From NCBI GenBank assembly GCA_963668645.2, contig CAXXWC010000019.1:192001-256000 (forward strand): DNA of 64,000 bases. Direction: 5' to 3'. Positions 20,401-33,711 of this stretch are shown piece by piece; positions within the stretch are counted from its first letter, which is position 1, and every line of letters starts with the position of its first letter. A program made the position numbers and the translations under genes. This DNA is from Desulfobacterales bacterium (GTDB lineage: Bacteria; Desulfobacterota; Desulfobacteria; Desulfobacterales; UBA2174). The notes below the pieces were generated by a model. It ran no database searches, was not told the DNA's origin, and was given only the letters and a program-made list of their open reading frames with translations.

Positions 20401-23400
20401 GCCGCTACTGGGATTTATCTGATCATTTCAAGGCCGGCATCCCTTGCCGTCGCAGGAGCTATCCTGGGCCTCTGGCTGGCATCTCCGGCTATCGCATGGT
20501 GGATCAGCCAACCACTCGCTCACCTCCGGGAAAGGCTAACGACGGATCAGACCTTCTTTCTACGCCGGCTTGCCCGCAAAACCTGGGCGTTTTTCGAGAC
20601 CTTCATCGGTCCGCAAGATCATTGGCTACCGCCGGACAACTATCAGGAGCACCCCGATCCCGTGGTTGCCCACCGCACATCGCCGACCAACATGGGCCTC
20701 GCGCTGCTGGCCAATTTGTCCGCCTGCGACTTCGGCTACCTTTCGGCCGGAAAGCTTCTCGAACGGACCACGAAGGCCTTCCACACCATGCAGACCCTGC
20801 AACGGTACCAGGGCCACTTCTACAACTGGTATGACACACAATCCCTGCAACCACTGCCGCCGCTCTATATTTCGTCGGTGGACAGCGGGAACCTGGCAGG
20901 GCATTTGCTGACACTTCAGCCGGGTTTGCTCGCCCTTGCCGATCACAAGATTCTATCGCTGCGCTTGTTGGATGGCCTTGGCGACACCCTCGGCATTGTC
21001 GCCGATGCTGCGGCCGCCACTGCGAATGCAGATGCGCCGGCCCGGCTCGCCGGGCTTCAACAGGCCCTGGCGTCCGCGGCCTGTTCCCAACCCGCTACCC
21101 TCATGGCGTGGAGATTGGTCCTGGATCGGTTGACAACCGCGGCCGCGGAATTGGAGGCCGGCATCGAAGCTCTCGACGCGGACCCTGAAAGCCAGTTTAG
21201 ATGGTGGGTCCGTGCCTTCGCCGGGCAATGTCGTGATGCCCTCGATGAACTCAACTTTCTTGCACCGTGGACAGAGCGCTTTTCTTCTCCGAACAACCTC
21301 GGCAACTTTCCCGATCTCGAAGCGATCCCAACCCTGCGCGAACTAGCGCTTCTGGACGAAAAAATCCAGGCGGCCATCGCGCAGCGACTGAACTTTTCTG
21401 CAACGCCGGAGGAAACCGTTTGGCTCAGTGAACTTCAGCGTCTCATCACGGCAGCCAGTCGACGCGCCCAAACAAGAATTGCGGCGATCGAAAAGCTTGC
21501 TCTGCAATGCGATACACTCGCCCGGATGGACTACGGCTTTCTTTTTGACGAGAAGCGTCATCTACTGGCCATCGGCTACAATGTAGGTGAACATCGACGC
21601 GACGCCAGTTACTACGATCTGCTGGCTTCGGAAGCACGGTTTACCAGTTTCGTGGGGGTTGCCCAAGGACAGCTGCCGCAAGAAAGCTGGTTCGCCCTGG
21701 CCCGTTTGCTCACCATCGCCGGAGGAGACCCGATCTTGCTGTCGTGGAGCGGCTCGATGTTCGAATACCTGATGCCGCTGCTGGTGATGCCGACATACGA
21801 ACATACGCTACTCGATCAGACCTGCAAAACCGCAGTGGAAAGGCAAATCGCCTACGGGAAAAGGCGCGGTGTTCCTTGGGGCATTTCCGAATGCGGGTAC
21901 AACGCCATCGATGTGCATTTCAACTACCAGTACCGCGCTTTCGGCGTACCCGGGCTTGGGCTCAAAAGGGGTCTTGCCGAGGACTTGGTGATTGCGCCTT
22001 ATGCCTCGGCCCTGGCCCTGATGGTAGCGCCCGAGCGGGCGTGCCTGAATCTTGAGCGACTTTCGGCCGAAGGCTTTGAAACCCGCTATGGCTTTTTTGA
22101 AGCCATCGATTACACGCCGTCACGTCTGCCGCCCGGCCAATCGAACGCCATTGTTCGGTCCTTCATGGCCCATCACCAGGGCATGAGCCTGCTGTCATTG
22201 GCCAGCGTGCTCCTGGACCGGCCGATGCAAAAGCGGTTCGAGTCGGTTCCTTCGTTCCAAGCGACCATGCTGTTGCTCCAGGAACGAATCCCCAAGGCGT
22301 CGGCATTCTATACGCATACCACCGAGCTTTCCGAGCACCATTTGGTTTCCGCTGCTCCTGAAACGCCGATTCGCGTTTTCACAAGCCCCGACACGCCGAA
22401 CCCGGAAGTACAGCTGCTGTCCAACGGGCGCTACCACGTGATGGTCACCAATGCCGGAGGCGGCTACAGCCGCTGGAAGGATTTGGCCGTTACCCGTTGG
22501 CGCGAAGACCGCACCTGCGACAACTGGGGCACGTTTTGTTACATCCGCGACGTGACCAGCAAGGCGTTCTGGTCGACTGCGTGCCAACCGACACTCAACC
22601 GGTCCAGGCAATTTGAGGCCATCTTCTCGGAAGGGCGAGCCGAGTTCCGTTCCCGCGACCACGGCTATGACACCCATTCCGAGATCGCGGTTTCGATCGA
22701 GGATGACATCGAGCTGCGCCGCGCGCGCATCACCAACCGCGCGCGGAAGCGCCGGGCCATCGACGTGACCAGTTATGCGGAAGTGGTCCTGGCGCCCCCT
22801 GCTGCGGACGCCCTGCACCCGGCCTTCAGCAATCTGTTCGTGCAGACCGAGATCATCCGGCACCAGCAGGCGATTCTGTGCACGCGCCGGCCCCGCTCGC
22901 AGGGCGAGCAGTCCCCCTGGATGCTGCACCTGATGGCCGTGCATGGCGTACAAGTCGAAGACGTCTCCTATGAGACCGACCGCATGCGGTTCATCGGCCG
23001 TGGCAACACCGTTGCCGATCCGCAGGCGGTGCTCGGGGTCGGCGACTTTTATACGGGAGCGCTCTCGGGCAGCGAGGGCTCCGTGCTCGACCCGATTGTC
23101 GCTATCCGCCAACGAATAATCCTGGATCCCGAGGCCTCGGCAACGATCAACATCGTCTCCGGCATTGCCGAATCACGTGGCGCCGCCTTGCGCCTGGTGG
23201 AAAAGTACCAGGATCGGCGTTTGGCCGATCGCGTGTTCGACCTGGCCTGGACCCATGGCCAGGTGCTGCTGCGCCAGTTGAATGCGTCACTGGCCGACGC
23301 ACAGCTCTATGGGCGCCTGGCCGGAGCGATCATCTATGCCAACAGCTCCCTTAGAGCCGACCCGGGCGTGCTCATCAAGAACCGGCGGGGACAGTCCGGT

Positions 23401-26287
23401 CTCTGGGGATACGCCATTTCCGGCGATCTGCCGATCGTGCTGCTGTGCATCAAGGATGCGGCCAATATCGAGCTGGTGCGTCATTTGGTTCAGGCGCACG
23501 CCTACTGGCGCCTGAAAGGACTGGCCGTGGACCTGGTGATCTGGAACGAAGATCGTGCCGGCTACCGGCAGCTTCTTCACGATCAGATCATGGGCATCAT
23601 CGCCGCTGGTACCGAAACCGGACTGACCGATCGGCCCGGCGGCATTTTTGTCAGATCCTCGGACCAGATCGCCGAGGAGGACCGCATTTTGATCCAATCG
23701 GTGGCCCGCGCCATCATCACCGACGGTGGCGGGTCGCTGGCGGATCAACTCAACCGGCGCAGTCCGGGCGAGGCAGCGGTGCCGCTGCTGCAGGCCCCGA
23801 CCCGCACCCACCACTCCCACCCCCCGGCCGTGGCCGCATTGCCGCGCGACGATCTTACCTTTTTCAACGGGACGGGCGGTTTTACGCCGGACGGACGCGA
23901 ATATGTGATTACTACCGCCTGCGGGCAGGTAACGCCGGCACCCTGGGTGAATGTGCTGGCCAATCCGCATTTTGGCACCGTCGTATCCGAAAGCGGTCTG
24001 GCCTGCACCTGGAACGAAAACGCCCACGCATTCCGCCTGACACCCTGGGCCAACGATCCGGTCGGTGATACGCGCGGAGAGGCCTTCTACCTGCGCGATG
24101 AAGAGCGCGGCCACTTCTGGTCGCCCGCGCCCCTGCCCCGCCGCGGCGCGACGCCGTATGTCACTCGGCACGGCTTCGGCTACAGCGTCTTCGAGCACAC
24201 CGAACGCGGCATTCATTCGGAGTTGTGGGTTTACGTGGCCCTGGACGCGGCGGTCAAGTTCACGGTGCTCAAAGTACGCAACACGTCGGGTCGAGCCCGC
24301 CGGCTCTCGGTCACCGGCTACCTGGAATGGGTGCTGGGCGACTTGCGCCAGAACACCGGCATGCATGTCATCACCGAAACCGACCTCTACAGTGGCGCCC
24401 TGTTGGCACGCAACCCCTACAACACGGAGTTCCGGCAGCGGGTGGCGTTCTTCGCCGTGGACGATGCATCGTGCACCCTCACCGGCGATCGAACCGAATT
24501 TTTAGGACGCAACGGCAACCTGCAACGCCCGGCCGCGATGATGCGCCCCCACCTTTCCGGCAAGGTGGGGGCCTCTCTGGATCCCTGCGCCGCGATTCAG
24601 GTGAAACTCGATCTGGCCGACGGCCAGGAGCAGGAGGTCGTTTTCCGACTTGGCGCCGGGCGCGATGCCGACGATGCCCGCAATCTGCTTCATCGATCAC
24701 GCGGATCCACCGCCGCACGAGCCGCCCTCGAAGCGGTGTGGCGGCACTGGACCCATACCCTGGGCGCGGTCAATGTGGAAACGCCCGATCCGTCCCTGAA
24801 TATGCTGGCCAACGGCTGGCTGTTGTACCAGACCATAGCCTGCCGGCTTTGGGCCCGCAGTGCCACCTACCAGCCGGGGGGAGCCTTCGGTTTCCGCGAT
24901 CAACTGCAGGACGTGATGGCGCTGGTCCACGCCGAGCCGCATCTCTTGCGCGCGCACCTACTCCTGTGTGCATCCCGTCAATTCCCGGAGGGCGATGTGC
25001 AGCATTGGTGGCATCCGCCGACGGGACGAGGGGTGCGCACACGCTGTTCGGACGATTACCTCTGGCTACCCCTCGCGACATGCCGCTATGTCCTTGTCAC
25101 CGGGGACACCGGTGTCCTTGATGAGCCTATCCACTTTCTCCAGGGCCGGCCGCTAAAAACGGATGAGGAATCCGATTACGATTTGCCCGGACGTTCGGAA
25201 AAGACGGCCAGCCTCTACGAGCATTGTGTGCGCGCCATCGAGAATGGTCTCAACTTCGGCGGGCACGGCCTGCCGCTTATCGGGTCGGGTGACTGGAACG
25301 ACGGTATGAACCTCGTGGGCGCGGGCGGCAAGGGGGAAAGCGTCTGGTTGGGATTTTTGCTGTATGACGTGCTCATGCGCTTCATCGAAGTGGCACGGGC
25401 ACGGGGAGACGCAGTCTTTGTCGAACGCTGCCGCGGAGAGGCGAGTCGCCTGCGTCGCAATCTCGAGGAACATGGCTGGGACGGTGAGTGGTACCGGCGC
25501 GCCTATTTCGACAATGGCACGCCGCTCGGATCGGCAGACAATCCCGAGTGCCGGATCGACTCGATTGCCCAGAGCTGGTCCGTGCTTTCGGGGGCAGGTG
25601 ATCATGAACGTTCTCGTGTGGCCATGGAAGCGGTGGATGCACACCTTGTCCGCGGCGAGGAGGGGCTGGTCCAGCTTCTGGACCCGCCTTTCGACAAATC
25701 GGCCCTGAACCCCGGCTATATCAAAGGCTATGTCCCCGGCGTGCGGGGAAAACGGCGGCCAGTACACCCATGCGGCCATCTGGGCCGCGATGGCCTTCGC
25801 CCGCCTGGGGGACCCCCGGTGCGCCTGGAAGGTTTTTCGCATGATCAACCCGGTGAACCATGCCCGGTCGGCCGAGAAGGCCGCCATCTACAAGGTGGAA
25901 CCTTACGTCGTTGCCGCCGACGTCTACGCGGTGCCGCCGCACACCGGCCGCGGCGGCTGGACCTGGTACACGGGATCGGCCGCATGGATGTATCGGCTCA
26001 TCTTGGAATCCCTTCTGGGGCTCAAACGCCAGGGAAACAAGCTGTGGTTTGCACCGTGCCTGCCAGCAGATTGGGAGGGCTTCAAGATGCATTACCGTTA
26101 CCGGGAGACCGTTTACCACATCACCGTCCGGCAACTTGCCGCCGGCAAGGGGAGGATGCCTCTATGCCTGGATTGCATCGAGCAACCCGATCAGGCCATC
26201 CTGCTTGTCGATGACAATAAGGAACACCAGGTCGAGGTGCGGGTACCGGCGCTTGAGCATCCGGACCGTCTTGAAGTATTGTGCTGA
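17491..26287 (+). CDS. ndvB: Cyclic beta-1,2-glucan synthase (Cgs/NdvB/ChvB-like; GT84 + GH94) with a +1 frameshift near the 3' end
   Basis: EWLLDNFY, ERKRGKL, TLDTDT, SHDLLEG, RWIRGDWQ, GFRDQLQD, GDWNDG. Extra G in run 25745-25748 breaks VRENGGQYTH; the C-terminus continues in frame 25730..26287. Confidence 0.9.
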
Positions 26288-26306
26288 AAATAGGGGCAAC
26301 CGTGCC

Positions 26307-26747
26307 GTGACCCAGATGATTCCAAACAATCAGGTTTCCCTGCTGCAAAACGGCGAGGTTTATTTTCCAGCGATCGAAGCAGCGCTGGACCGGGCGATCG
26401 ATAAAATTTATCTGGAAGCTTATATTTTTACATATGACGCTACCGGACGACGCATTGCAAAAGCGCTCAAACGGGCGGCGGTTCGCGGTGTGATAACCCA
26501 CCTTCTGATCGATGGATTCGGCTCGATCGGTCTGCCGAAAAGCATTGTAGATGATCTTGAGACGGCCGGTGTTATGGTGCTGAAATTTCGACCCAAAACC
26601 TCGCCTTGGACGCTGCACCGTCGGAGATTGCGCCGTCTGCACCGGAAAATTGTGGTCGTAGACAGAGAGATTGCTTTTGTTGGCGGCATTAATATTGTCG
26701 ATGATATGGGTGTGGCCAATCAAAAATCAAACTTGATTTCATCGTAA
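26307..26747 (+). pseudogene. clsB: Cardiolipin synthase ClsB, truncated by an IS
   Basis: LLQNGEVYFP and only the first HKD motif (HRKIVVVD); the frame ends inside the IS end at 26732. Confidence 0.85.
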
Positions 26748-28613
26748 AAAATAGTCATCGTCTAACACATTAAAAAATTAACACAAAAACTTTCAAAACT
26801 TCTTGACTAGCTCTTCCTGGCATGGCAGTATCATCAACAAATCCGATATCTTGCATCGAGGAAGACATGCTGAAAGCAAAAAACCGAAAATAACAACATT
26901 TGTTCGACCCCTGGCAGTTTCTGAGCCCCAAACGCCGCGAAAATCTCGACGGCAATTGGCCGGGGTTTTTCCGGGAGCATGTGCTGGACTTGCTGCCGGT
27001 GGAAAAGCTCGGGTTGCTTTTTCCGCAAGACCGGGGGCGGCCGACCAAGGAGATGTACACGGTTTTGGGCACCCTGGCCCTCCAGCAGTACCACGATTTG
27101 ACCGACAGGCAAGCCTGCGATCAACTAATGTACAACATTCAGTGGCACTATGCCCTTGACATCGTAGAAGAAAGCGACGAAGCTAAATACATCTGCCCCA
27201 AGACGCTGTGGAACATGCGCACTTTGGCCACCGAGCTTAAGATCGATACCGACCTGTTCGACGCCGTGGCCGTCAAGTTGGCCGACGTGTTCAAAGTCGA
27301 TACCGGTCACCAGCGCATCGACTCGGTTCACACCCGCTCCAACATGGCCCGTCTCGGGCGCATCGGGATTTTCGTCAAAGGCATCGACCGGTTTTCAGTC
27401 AACCTCAAGCGCCACCACCCGATCCTGTACGGCCGTATCGATGAGGAACTGATCCAGCGCTACCAGGGCGAAAAGGCCAGGCAGTGCTTTGCCGGGGTCA
27501 AGCCCTCGGAGTCCAAGAGGGTGTTGTGCGAGGTGGCCGGTGACCCAGTTCGAGTCCAACCGGCAGGTGGCCGATATGCGCAGCTACAAGCTGCTTTGCC
27601 GGATCGCCAAAGACCAGTTGGAGGTGCGCGAAGACGGCACCATCGAGGTCAAGGCGCCCAAACAGATTCCTTCCGATTCGCTGCAAAACCCATCGGATCC
27701 GGATGCCACTTACAGCGGCCACAAAGGCCAGGGCTACCAGGTCCAGATCATGGAGACTTACAGCGCGCACGAAGATGGCGCCAAGGACCCGGGCCAGTTG
27801 AATCTGATCACCTACGTCGAGGTGGAACCGGCTTGCAACAGTGATGCGCAGGCGCTGCTGCCGGCCATCGAAGCGACCCTGGCGGTCTTGCCCCCGAACA
27901 GGTTCAGGCAGATTCCCTTTACGGTTCGGATGAAAACTGCCAACAGGCCGCCGAGTTGGGTGTCGAGGTGATCAGTCCCACGATGGGGGTCGAAAAGAGC
28001 GAATCAGGCAGCCTGAGCGCCTTTCAGTTCCTCTCAAGTGGACATGTGGATAAATGCCCTGCCGGCCACGAACCGGTTTTGCGCAAGAAGAAAAAGGATC
28101 GCTACACCCAGGGCTTTGCAATCGACCTGTGCGACAGATGCCCACTGGCATCCGACTGCGCCGCCAAAAAGAAGGTCCGGTTCTTCTACCTGCATTACAC
28201 GGAAAAGAACCTTCGCATCGCAAGGCGTCGGCAGCATGAGCAGACCGAAGCGTTCCGGCAAAAGTACCGCTGGCGCGCCGGGGTCGAGGCGACCATGAGC
28301 CAATACGACCGGATAACGGGCGTCAAACGACTCAGGGTGCGAGGCAAAAAAGCGGTACGCTTCGCTGCGGTCATGAAGGCTACGGCGGTCAATCTTGCCC
28401 GGGCGCTGGCGGCCCGCCATGCCCGAATGCGGGCTAAAGGGGCCAATCCCGACCGCAACCGGGGTCTTTTCCGTGTTTTTCGACTTTTCAAAGAGCGAAT
28501 CGGCGGCTTTTTCGGTTCAACTACTTCTCGGATCGCCGGGAGGCTCATGTTACGAACATATGCTCATTACCAGGCTTGATTCAAACGCCGACTCTTTTTA
28601 CGAGAGCATCAAG
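26732..28613 (+). mobile_element. Degenerate IS1182/IS5-like element
   Basis: Imperfect IRs CTTGATTTCATCGTAAAAAATAGTC / GACTCTTTTTACGAGAGCATCAAG. Transposase (GRPTKE, QRIDS, DPDATY, YRWRAGVEATMS) with an early TAA and at least two frameshifts. Confidence 0.82.
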
Positions 28614-28674
28614 GATATTTTCTTGAACAACGGCCACAAACCGCCACTTCATACGCTACCCTTGGGGACGCGGC

Positions 28675-31667
28675 ATGTCCGGGGAAAAAACAGGCCTGAC
28701 ACCAAACCGGTCAAGACAAAATCCAAAACCAACGCCTGCCGGGCCAAAGGGGCAAGATCTCCTGCGGCCACAAACGAACGATTCCCGGTGGTCGGTTTGG
28801 GCGCGTCCGCCGGAGGGCTCGAAGCGCTGAAGTCCTTTTTTAGCATGGTGGCGGTGAACAGCGGCATGGCGTTTATCGTGGTGGTCCACATGGCTCCCAA
28901 ACAGCCGAGCCTGATGCCCGAGCTCTTGCAGAAAGTAACCCCGGTGCCGGTTTCCGTCGCCGAAGACGGACAGACCATTGAACCGGATCATATCTATGTC
29001 AATGCGCCGGACAAGGAGATCCTTGTATTCAAAGGCAAATTCCAGCTATTGGACGCTCTTGATAAACGCGCGACGCTGCCCATCGATCAATTTCTGAGAT
29101 CACTTGCCCATGATCGGAGGGCCAACGCAGCAGCGATAATTTTATCGGGCACCGGTACGGATGGCACGCTCGGCGTGAAAGCAATCAAAGCCAACGGCGG
29201 GCTGGTCCTGGTTCAATCGGAAAACTCGGCCGGTTACGACGGCATGCCCCGCAGTGCTGTCAGCAGCGGTGCGGTGGATATCATCGTGGCCCCGGAAGAG
29301 ATGCCCCAACGGCTCACCCATTATTTTTGGAGCCCCGATATGGTGCTCAAAGAACAGCCTGCTCACGCCAGTGACCAACGGAACTGGCTGAACAAGATCT
29401 TTGCCATTTTGCGAGCCCAGATCGGGCATGATTTTTCCCTGTATAAGAAAAATACGCTGCTGCGTCGCGTCCATCGCCGCATGGAACTGAACCAGATTTC
29501 ACAGCATGAGCAATATGTGCACTATTTGCGCGAAAATCCCGCCGAAGTACAAGCGCTGTTCCGTGAACTGTTGATCGGGGTGACCAGCTTTTTTCGAGAC
29601 GCCGCGTCCTTCCAAGCCCTTAAAACCGACATCCTTCCGGACCTGCTTGGCCGAATCAACGCCGACGCCACGTTCAGGGCCTGGATTCCCGGCTGCTCCA
29701 CGGGCGAAGAGGCCTATACCCTGGCTATTGTAATCCATGAGCTGCTGGACACCAACCCCAACCATATTAACCTGCAATTGTTCGGCACGGACATCGATGA
29801 TCATGCCATCGACAAAGCCAGGCAAGGGCTTTTTCCGGCGAACATCGCGGCCGATATCAGTGAGGATCGCCTGAAACGGTTTTTTATAAAAGAGGGGGAG
29901 TCGTTTCGCATCCGCAAGGAAATCAGGGACTGTGTGGTCTTCTCGGTTCAAAATCTGATCAAGGATCCGCCATTTTCGCGGCTGCATCTGCTTTGTTGCC
30001 GCAATCTGTTGATCTATCTGGACGGCGAGGCCCAAAAAAAGCTTTTACCTTTGTTCCATTATACCTTGATGCCCGAAGGCATTCTCGTGCTGGGATCTTC
30101 CGAATCCATCGGTGGGTTTTCCAACCTGTTCACGGTCCTGGACAAAAAATGGAAGATATTTAAACGGTGCGAGGTGCCGCTGGCCCTGCGCCAGCAGATC
30201 GAGTTTCCCAGCGGCCCTCCCACACCGGGCATGGCTGCGGGGGGTGCCTTGGCGGCCGTAGCAGCAGGCCCAAAAGTGAATACCGCGCAGATGATGCAAC
30301 GGGCCATCCTTGATCAGTTTGCCCCCACCGCCCTTCTCGTCGATGCCCACAGTAATATTTTGCATGTTCAGGGTCGCACCGGCAAATATCTGGAAACCCC
30401 CGGCGGCCCCCCCACGCGAAACATCCTGGATATGACCCGGGAGGGGCTGCGTAATGAGCTTTCCTCGGCCATCCGAGCGGCCAGATCGTCCGACCAACCG
30501 GTGCGCCGCCGAAACATCGCCGTAAAAATAAACGGCGGCGTTCAATTGATCGACCTGTACGTTTGTCCCCAGCATGCCCCTGAGGAGCTATCCGGGTGCT
30601 TGCTGGTGGTTTTTGAGGATGTCGAGGCCGCCGCCATCGCGCAAGGTTCCCAGCCACGCGAAGACGGTCACCGGCACCAGGAAGCCACCCGCATCGCTGA
30701 GCTGGAAAGAGAACTGCAGAGCACCCGCGAAAGCCATCAGACGACCGTCGAGGAACTGGAGTCGTCCAACGAGGAGCTCAAATCCATCAACGAAGAGATG
30801 CAGTCTTCCAACGAAGAGTTCCAGTCCACCAATGAGGAACTCGAATCTTCCAGGGAAGAACTGCAATCATTAAACGAAGAGCTGCTGACGGTCAACGCCG
30901 AGCTGCAAAGCAAGATTGATGAGCTGTCGGCGGTCCACGACGACATGCGCAATTTGCTCAATAGCACGGAGATCGCCACCATTTTCGTGGACAACTACAT
31001 GCAGATCAGGCGATTTACGTCGGGAGCGACCGCCATCATCAATCTGATCCAGACCGACATAGGGCGTCCGCTGCAGCACGTGGTCACCAATCTGTCCTAT
31101 ACGGCGATGATGGATGACCTGGGTGATGTTCTGAAAACGCTTATCCCCAGAGAGGTCGAGGTGCAGACGACGGAAGGCGCATGGTATAAGATGCGCATTC
31201 TTCCCTATCGCACCATGGATAACCGCATTGACGGCGCGGTGCTCACCTTTGCCTCCATTACTGAACAGAAACAGGCTCAACACGTACTGAGCAACGCCAA
31301 CCTGGAAATGGAGCAGGCCTGGCTGTTGATACGCAAAATCTTCGACATGAATTCCGATCCACTGGTCGTACTTGACCAGGAGGGCAAGATGATCACGGCC
31401 AATACGGCCTTTGCGGATATAATGGAAACACGCCCCGACGAAATTAAAGGCATGGATATCTTCAAAATCAACAACCACTTGATGCGGCAGACCGATTGGG
31501 CAGCCCGACTCAAAGGCGCTTTGGAAAAGGGAGAGAACTTCCAGATCAGCTCAGGTCATATATTTCCATCAGAAAAGACAGCTCCATACCTGATGTTGGG
31601 CCAAGTCATTCGACCAGACGATGATTGGCCCTGTCGCATCCTGCTGCGGTTGGTAAAGGAAGGCTGA
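28675..31667 (+). CDS. CheB methylesterase-CheR methyltransferase-coiled coil-PAS fusion (start uncertain)
   Basis: [36 protein letters not shown] heptads, PAS domains. The track start 28395 lies in the IS; the plausible ATG 28675 is out of frame, so a 5' frameshift or a later GTG start is possible. Confidence 0.88.
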
Positions 31668-31680
31668 AAGGACGCAGAAA

Positions 31681-33213
31681 ATGCCTCCCCCCCAAAATCA
31701 ATCCGATCAATCAAACAAATTCGATCGGCTTCGCCGTCAAGCCGAAGAATTGATCACCCAGCCATCGAATGCAGCCATTGAAGCGCCCACCGATATCCTT
31801 GAGCTGATCCATGAACTCAAAATCCACCAGGCAGAACTGGAGATCCAGAACGAAGAGCTCAAACGGGCGCAACTGGAGCTGACCGACCTGTATCGGCAAT
31901 TCGAAGACCTGTATGAATTTGCCCCGTGCAGCTACCTCAATCTCAGCCCAAAGGGATTGGTTACCCGCATCAATCTGGCCGGGGTGATGCTTTTAGGTGA
32001 GCTGCGCAGAAAGATCCTGCATACCGGTTTCAGTCAGTTCGTGGCCCCGGGATGGCGGGATGCCCATCTTGACGCCCTGAAAAAAGCCGGCCGGACCGGT
32101 GAAACGCAAAGCCTGGAATTGCAGCTCAACACTGTTAATACATCGGACACCTGGGTCTGGGCGGAGATTCAGGCAAATCGGGATGAAACCGGCGTGGTAA
32201 TCCAGTGGCGGATGACACTGGTGAACATCTCTGCAAGAAAGGAAGTTGAAATCGCCTTGCAGGGCAGCGAGATGAAATTCCGGCAGTTGTTCAATGAAAT
32301 GGTCGGCGGGGGCGTGTTGCTGGAGATCACGGACCGGGATAAACAGGGCCGTCCCGCCGATGCCCGCATAGTGGAGGCAAATGCCGCTTTCGCGGTCCTG
32401 ACCGGCATCCAACGCGACCGGGCGGTAGGCAGAACCATCCGCCAGATCTGGCCGCAGACGGGACCTTTTTGGTTCGATCTGTTCAGCCAAGCCATGCGCA
32501 GCGGCAACCCTTTTCCGGTGGAACAATGTCATCAGGAATTAAACCTGCATTTCCTGGTATCGGCTTTTGTGCTTGAGGACCAGCGCGTCGGCGTCACATT
32601 TATTGACATCAGCGCCCAAAAAAAAATCGAGGAGACTTTGGCCAAGGCCAGGCAAAATCTGGAGATTCAGGTCGAAAACCGCACGGCGGAACTGTCGCGG
32701 GCCAATCAGAAGCTGCAACGCGAGATTGCCTCCCGCGAGCAGGCTCAACGGGCGCTGCTGCGAAAATCAAAAGAGCTGGAGGCCCGTACGGTTGGATTGG
32801 AAGAGGCCAACATCGCCTTGAAAGTGCTGCTCAAGGAGCTCGAAAATGAGCGTCACGCACTTGAAGAAAAAGTGGTCTGCAACATTAACGGGCTGACCCG
32901 GCCGCATCTTGAAAAACTAGCGGCCGGGAACCTGAGTCAACGGCAACGAGCCCTGCTAGACGCCGTAAATAGCAGCCTGGACGACATTGCATCACCGCTT
33001 AGCAGGCGGTTCATTATCGAAAGCAGTCATTTAACACCAGGGGAAACCCAGGTGGCCAATTTAATCCGCCAGGGTAAAACCACCAAGGAGATCGCCGATT
33101 TGATGCGCGTGGCAACCAGCACCATCGATTTTCATCGGCTCAATATCCGCCACAAGTTCGGGCTGACAAATAAGCGGATCAATCTTCAATCTCATCTCAA
33201 ATCGCTACTATAG
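31681..33213 (+). CDS. PAS-PAS-coiled coil-LuxR HTH transcriptional regulator
   Basis: [17 protein letters not shown], two PAS domains, [34 protein letters not shown]. Confidence 0.9.
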   Translation: MPPPQNQSDQSNKFDRLRRQAEELITQPSNAAIEAPTDILELIHELKIHQAELEIQNEELKRAQLELTDLYRQFEDLYEFAPCSYLNLSPKGLVTRINLAGVMLLGELRRKILHTGFSQFVAPGWRDAHLDALKKAGRTGETQSLELQLNTVNTSDTWVWAEIQANRDETGVVIQWRMTLVNISARKEVEIALQGSEMKFRQLFNEMVGGGVLLEITDRDKQGRPADARIVEANAAFAVLTGIQRDRAVGRTIRQIWPQTGPFWFDLFSQAMRSGNPFPVEQCHQELNLHFLVSAFVLEDQRVGVTFIDISAQKKIEETLAKARQNLEIQVENRTAELSRANQKLQREIASREQAQRALLRKSKELEARTVGLEEANIALKVLLKELENERHALEEKVVCNINGLTRPHLEKLAAGNLSQRQRALLDAVNSSLDDIASPLSRRFIIESSHLTPGETQVANLIRQGKTTKEIADLMRVATSTIDFHRLNIRHKFGLTNKRINLQSHLKSLL

Positions 33214-33423
33214 TAGGTGGATTTTCCCCGTATTACACCCCTGTTTTTCCCGCCTTGGCGTATTGCCGTCGTTCGATTATATTGTATCTGTAAAGGAAGA
33301 TGCCCAACATTGTTGCGCTGTATGCATACCCGCAATGCTGAGCGCCAGTTTACCTGAAAATCGAAGTAAGTGATACGTCCATCCGGATTCCACCCCCAAT
33401 GATTGGACGACGGAAAGGACCCA

Positions 33424-33624
33424 ATGATATCTTCTCCTTGTAGAAACTGCGATAAGCGCCATATGCCCAAAGACAAATGCAGCAAAGACTGTGATAAAAT
33501 TGCAGCGATTCAACAATTTCAGAATACCATACACACACCGCCATATGCGCGCAACGACAGCGCTGATACGTTCAACTGCGCGTATGAATCTTGCATTTCA
33601 CTCTCTGAAAAAGTGTATTTTTGA
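33424..33624 (+). CDS. Small Cys-rich protein (SPCRNC...C...C); 3' end supplied by IS sequence
   Basis: AAGGA RBS, four clustered Cys; codons from 33590 overlap an IS1634 end. Confidence 0.55.
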   Translation: MISSPCRNCDKRHMPKDKCSKDCDKIAAIQQFQNTIHTPPYARNDSADTFNCAYESCISLSEKVYF

Positions 33625-33711
33625 TTTTTCCGGATTTCAACTCGCCTCCGGATAGTCGATGAAAAAGACGGGTTGCGCTCCGCTTAGCTCGAGTCAACCA
33701 GGTATTTATAG

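Noticed and set aside
25745..25750. Programmed frameshift or phase variation in the glucan synthase
   Set aside because: The run is too short for typical phase variation and no stimulatory signal was seen; mutation or error is simpler.
28395..28674. N-terminal extension of the CheB-CheR ORF
   Set aside because: Begins inside the IS and overlaps the transposase; chance open frame.
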